Shown piece after piece: positions 61,366 through 64,000 of a DNA stretch of 64,000 bases. Positions within the stretch are counted from its first letter, which is position 1, and each line of letters opens with the position of its first letter. Source of the stretch: Candidatus Heimdallarchaeum aukensis (GTDB lineage: Archaea > Asgardarchaeota > Heimdallarchaeia > Heimdallarchaeales > Heimdallarchaeaceae); NCBI GenBank assembly GCA_021513695.1, contig CP084166.1, forward strand, positions 1,632,001 to 1,696,000, written 5' to 3'. The notes under the pieces are model-generated. The model saw only the letters and a program-made list of their open reading frames with translations. It had not been told where the DNA came from and ran no database searches. The translations under genes and the position numbers were made by a program.

Positions 61366-61944
61366 TTAATTTGCTGTCTCAATCTTTCGTGAAACTATCT
61401 TTATTTTCATTCTGGGTCCAACGGAGTTATTTTCTGAATCTAAAAATTCTATAAAAATTATCCGTTCATCTTTATCTATATAATCAGCATACATTGTTAA
61501 ATAACTATTTCTTTCAAGGTCATCAATATTCTGTTCTGTAATATTAAATATCGTTCTCAATATTCTCTCTTCACTTATATCTATATTGGAGATCAAGATA
61601 AGATTGCTAGGTTGTCTAATTTTTTTTGCATGATAATCACGAGACAAAGTTAGCCCTCTAAGTTTAATTGCAAATGGAAGCTCCTCATGTTCAGAGCTTG
61701 ATAAGTTGAAAACTCTCCAGAAATTTGGATTACCTTTAACTGAATTTATGACAACTGCAACTTCAAATCCTTCAGAATGTAATTTTGTTAAAGTAAAACT
61801 TAAGTTCTGCGTGCCTCTTGTAAATTTTTTAGAGCTTGGGATAACGCTTACAATGTCTTTAAGAAATGTTCTTGTTTTATTTGACGGATCACGTGATGTT
61901 GTAAAAGCTACTTTAGTCATACCTTTGTTAAATAACCTATACAT
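61366..61944 (-). CDS. Brix-domain (Imp4-like) ribosome-biogenesis protein
   Basis: 192 aa; N-terminal VAFTTSRDPSNKTRTFLKDIVSVIPSS matches the archaeal Brix motif; follows L37ae as in the conserved superoperon. Confidence 0.65.
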   Translation of the reverse strand: MYRLFNKGMTKVAFTTSRDPSNKTRTFLKDIVSVIPSSKKFTRGTQNLSFTLTKLHSEGFEVAVVINSVKGNPNFWRVFNLSSSEHEELPFAIKLRGLTLSRDYHAKKIRQPSNLILISNIDISEERILRTIFNITEQNIDDLERNSYLTMYADYIDKDERIIFIEFLDSENNSVGPRMKIKIVSRKIETAN

Positions 61945-61997
61945 AAAAAGATAATGATTTTAGGTAAAAATTGGAAAGTATAAAATAATGAAAAAAT

Positions 61998-62279
61998 TTA
62001 CTCTGAACTTTCTGCGATTCTTGTAATTCTTCTTAAAATACTTCTTCCTGCACTTGTTTGTGGTTCCCAAGCTCCGCCAGCTCTTTTTTCTCCACAAGAG
62101 GTACATACCCAAATTCCTAAACCATCACGCTTAAATGTGCGTTTTAAACACCTAGGGCATTTATATTTTGCTTTACTTCTATTTTCTACTTCTCTTACAC
62201 GTTTTCGAATGGTACTTCCATAACGTGTTCCGAATCGTCCAGTTGAACCAACTTTTTTTGTACGAGCCATAGTAATCAC
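61998..62279 (-). CDS. rpl37ae: 50S ribosomal protein L37Ae
   Basis: 93 aa; CPRC...CTSCG zinc ribbon and RFGTRYG N-terminus. Confidence 0.85.
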   Translation of the reverse strand: MITMARTKKVGSTGRFGTRYGSTIRKRVREVENRSKAKYKCPRCLKRTFKRDGLGIWVCTSCGEKRAGGAWEPQTSAGRSILRRITRIAESSE

Positions 62280-62362
62280 GAAAGTTTTTCTTCTATATCC
62301 TTACTATCAAAAAAAAAAGTGTATTTTTTAACGTTTCGTTATTGAAGATTAAAAAAAGGGAT

Positions 62363-63196
62363 TTAATTTCCCTTCTTCTTAAATTCCTCTATTGCTTTTA
62401 ACAATTCTGCTCGATAGCTCTTTGAAACTTCAAGACATTCTTTAGCTATAGGAACAAGTTCATCAGGTTTTAAGACCCCTATTCCTCCTTTTTGAGCAGA
62501 AACAATGTGTTCTTCTTCATCAAATCCAAAAGTAATTCTGCAATCTGCAATTCTTTCTTCTTTTAATATTGGATCTATGATTCTATGTTTTCCTATTTTA
62601 TAGCTAGTTACAGTTACAGGATAATGATCTAATTCAAGGACCTCTTTTTCGTCAAGGACTTCAGGTTCTCCTTCTTCATTTATTTTTACTTTAGGAATCT
62701 TTGTTGTAGATAATGCAGCTAAGGAAGCCAAGGTTGCAGCATCAATCAGATTCCCGTCAGCATTCAAAACATACATATCAATGAAGAGTATCCAAACATA
62801 TTTTCCTGGTACAATACATAGCTTTGAGAGATCAATACAATGTGATTCTCTAATTGCTCTATCTGTAACTCGTGCTAATTCTATTGCATCGTCTCCTGGA
62901 GGACCAGATTCATAATATGGTGATGCAATAGGTGAAAGTTCTGCACTTGTTGTAATCACTCCAGAGTCTGGAGTATCTGGAAAAGGAGAACCTAGTGTTG
63001 CTTTTACACCAGCAATAATCTTTGTTTCACCTAGAGTTACTATAGCTGAACCTTCTGCTTTTGTTTCAACAAAATTCAACTCAAATTTAATTGGTCTATG
63101 TTCCTGTTTTTCTCTTCCTCCAATTCTCTTTCCTTGATCTAATAACGTTAAAATGTAATCTTTTTCTATTTCTGAAACAACATAATCATCTGACAT
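62363..63196 (-). CDS. rrp42: exosome complex component Rrp42 (RNase PH-like, non-catalytic)
   Basis: 277 aa; RNase PH fold blocks; immediately downstream of Rrp41 with a 2-nt gap. Confidence 0.8.
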   Translation of the reverse strand: MSDDYVVSEIEKDYILTLLDQGKRIGGREKQEHRPIKFELNFVETKAEGSAIVTLGETKIIAGVKATLGSPFPDTPDSGVITTSAELSPIASPYYESGPPGDDAIELARVTDRAIRESHCIDLSKLCIVPGKYVWILFIDMYVLNADGNLIDAATLASLAALSTTKIPKVKINEEGEPEVLDEKEVLELDHYPVTVTSYKIGKHRIIDPILKEERIADCRITFGFDEEEHIVSAQKGGIGVLKPDELVPIAKECLEVSKSYRAELLKAIEEFKKKGN

Positions 63197-63198
63197 TT

Positions 63199-64000
63199 TT
63201 ATTCCTCCAAGTCATTTATTTCTTCATGCTCTGTTTCATCGTCCTCTGATTCAGTGGTATTAGTAGTTGTAGTATCATCATTTTCTTCAGGTTTTTCAGT
63301 TCCTAGACTGTTTAGTTCCTTTTCTAATTCTTTTTCATCTTCATCTAGCTCTTCATTCAGTTCTTCGGCTATGTCACTAACTAAATCTTGATGCTCATCA
63401 GTTTCAACTTCAGAGACTTCTTCAACTTCAGAGACTTCTTCAACTTCAGAGACTTCTTCAACTTCAGAGACTTCCTCAATTTCTATGGTTGTTTTTTCAC
63501 CAGTCTTCTTTTCTTCAGTTTCTTCAGACGCAACAGCTTCATCAATAGCTGTTTCATCAACTGAAGCTTCGCTTTCAGCTAAAGATTGGCTTACAATTTC
63601 CATGGTATCCTCTTCTTCTGCTTCTTCCTCTTCTGGTTCTCCAGCAAATTCTGCTCTAATTTGAGCATATTTTTCTCTTAAAGCTTCCTTCTGAATTTCA
63701 TATATTTGCTTAGCACCTTCAATTGCTAGTTTTACTGCTTCTTCAAATTGCTCAATTGTAAAAACTCCATCTAATTGCAAGAGAGAGATTTCGTCCAATG
63801 TTGCAGAATATCCAATTGGGATATCGCCAGAGCCTTTTTGATCTTCAATATCATGAAGATCCAATACTACTGTGTCATTTACCAACCCAGCTGCGACCCC
63901 TGAAATTATTCCTCGCATGGGGATACCAGCATCAGCCAAAGCTGTGCATGCGGCAGTTAAGCTTGCACACCTTGTTCCACCATCTGCTTGTAAAACTTGA
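63199..64000 (-). CDS. rrp41: exosome complex exonuclease Rrp41 (partial; N-terminus beyond window end) with an unusual ~170-aa acidic C-terminal extension
   Basis: frame open to the window edge; translation at the edge reads QVLQADGGTRCASLTAACTALADAGIPMRG (RNase PH catalytic-subunit signature); the track's M at 63939 is internal; tail is E/D-rich with (EVSEVE)n. Confidence 0.8.
   Translation of the reverse strand, partial: QVLQADGGTRCASLTAACTALADAGIPMRGIISGVAAGLVNDTVVLDLHDIEDQKGSGDIPIGYSATLDEISLLQLDGVFTIEQFEEAVKLAIEGAKQIYEIQKEALREKYAQIRAEFAGEPEEEEAEEEDTMEIVSQSLAESEASVDETAIDEAVASEETEEKKTGEKTTIEIEEVSEVEEVSEVEEVSEVEEVSEVETDEHQDLVSDIAEELNEELDEDEKELEKELNSLGTEKPEENDDTTTTNTTESEDDETEHEEINDLEE
63405..63484. 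repeat. 18-bp tandem repeat (caacttcagagacttctt x ~4.3) inside the Rrp41 tail coding region, encoding (EVSEVE)n
   Basis: read directly from sequence. Confidence 0.7.

Noticed and set aside
63405-63484. Intergenic minisatellite or CRISPR-like repeat near the window end
   Set aside because: The 18-bp repeats are in-frame inside the Rrp41 tail and encode (EVSEVE)n, so this is a coding repeat.

Overview
This is a low-GC (about 30% by eye) archaeal chromosomal segment. Almost all of it is dense housekeeping: leuS, prefoldin beta, aIF5B, the rpoN-uS2-mevalonate kinase-isopentenyl phosphate kinase cluster, the L7Ae-S28e-L24e-ndk cluster, RFC large subunit, and the exosome superoperon tail (Rrp41-Rrp42-L37ae-Brix-Pcc1) at the 3' edge. 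Between these blocks sit accessory and poorly characterised genes. The ORF track treats ATG, GTG and TTG as starts, so many N-termini are probably over-extended.

RNA and mobile elements:
- one intron-containing initiator-type tRNA-Met (CAU), + strand, 37571..37692.
- one complete IS6-family insertion sequence, 50832..51593, with perfect 16-bp terminal inverted repeats and a 9-bp target-site duplication.
- a GC-rich, hairpin-dense non-coding element of unknown class at about 8030..8220, next to a 30-bp tandem direct repeat.

Three short genes missed by the ORF track are added: a histone-fold-like protein, a 2x[4Fe-4S] ferredoxin, and internal start revisions.

Candidates for novelty:
- two tandem paralogous HHxxxDG (WS/DGAT- or condensation-domain-like) acyltransferases embedded in a membrane-protein cluster.
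- a Dna2-like Fe-S nuclease/SF1B helicase with a C-terminal RING-like zinc finger, divergent from a PLD-family nuclease and next to a ferredoxin and RFC-L.
- a 761-aa TrmB-HTH protein with a roughly 500-aa coiled coil, immediately downstream of the IS.
- an hsp20-cdc48-wHTH heat-shock-regulon-like arrangement with a perfect palindrome over the hsp20 promoter.
- Rrp41 carrying a long acidic, repeat-containing C-terminal tail.
- an ABC-2 transporter operon encoding a secreted prenyltransferase-like alpha/alpha-toroid protein beside a membrane-anchored sulfotransferase.
- an orphan ABC ATPase fused to an AbrB/SpoVT-like domain.

No CRISPR array and no rRNA were seen. Lineage cannot be assigned from the sequence alone.
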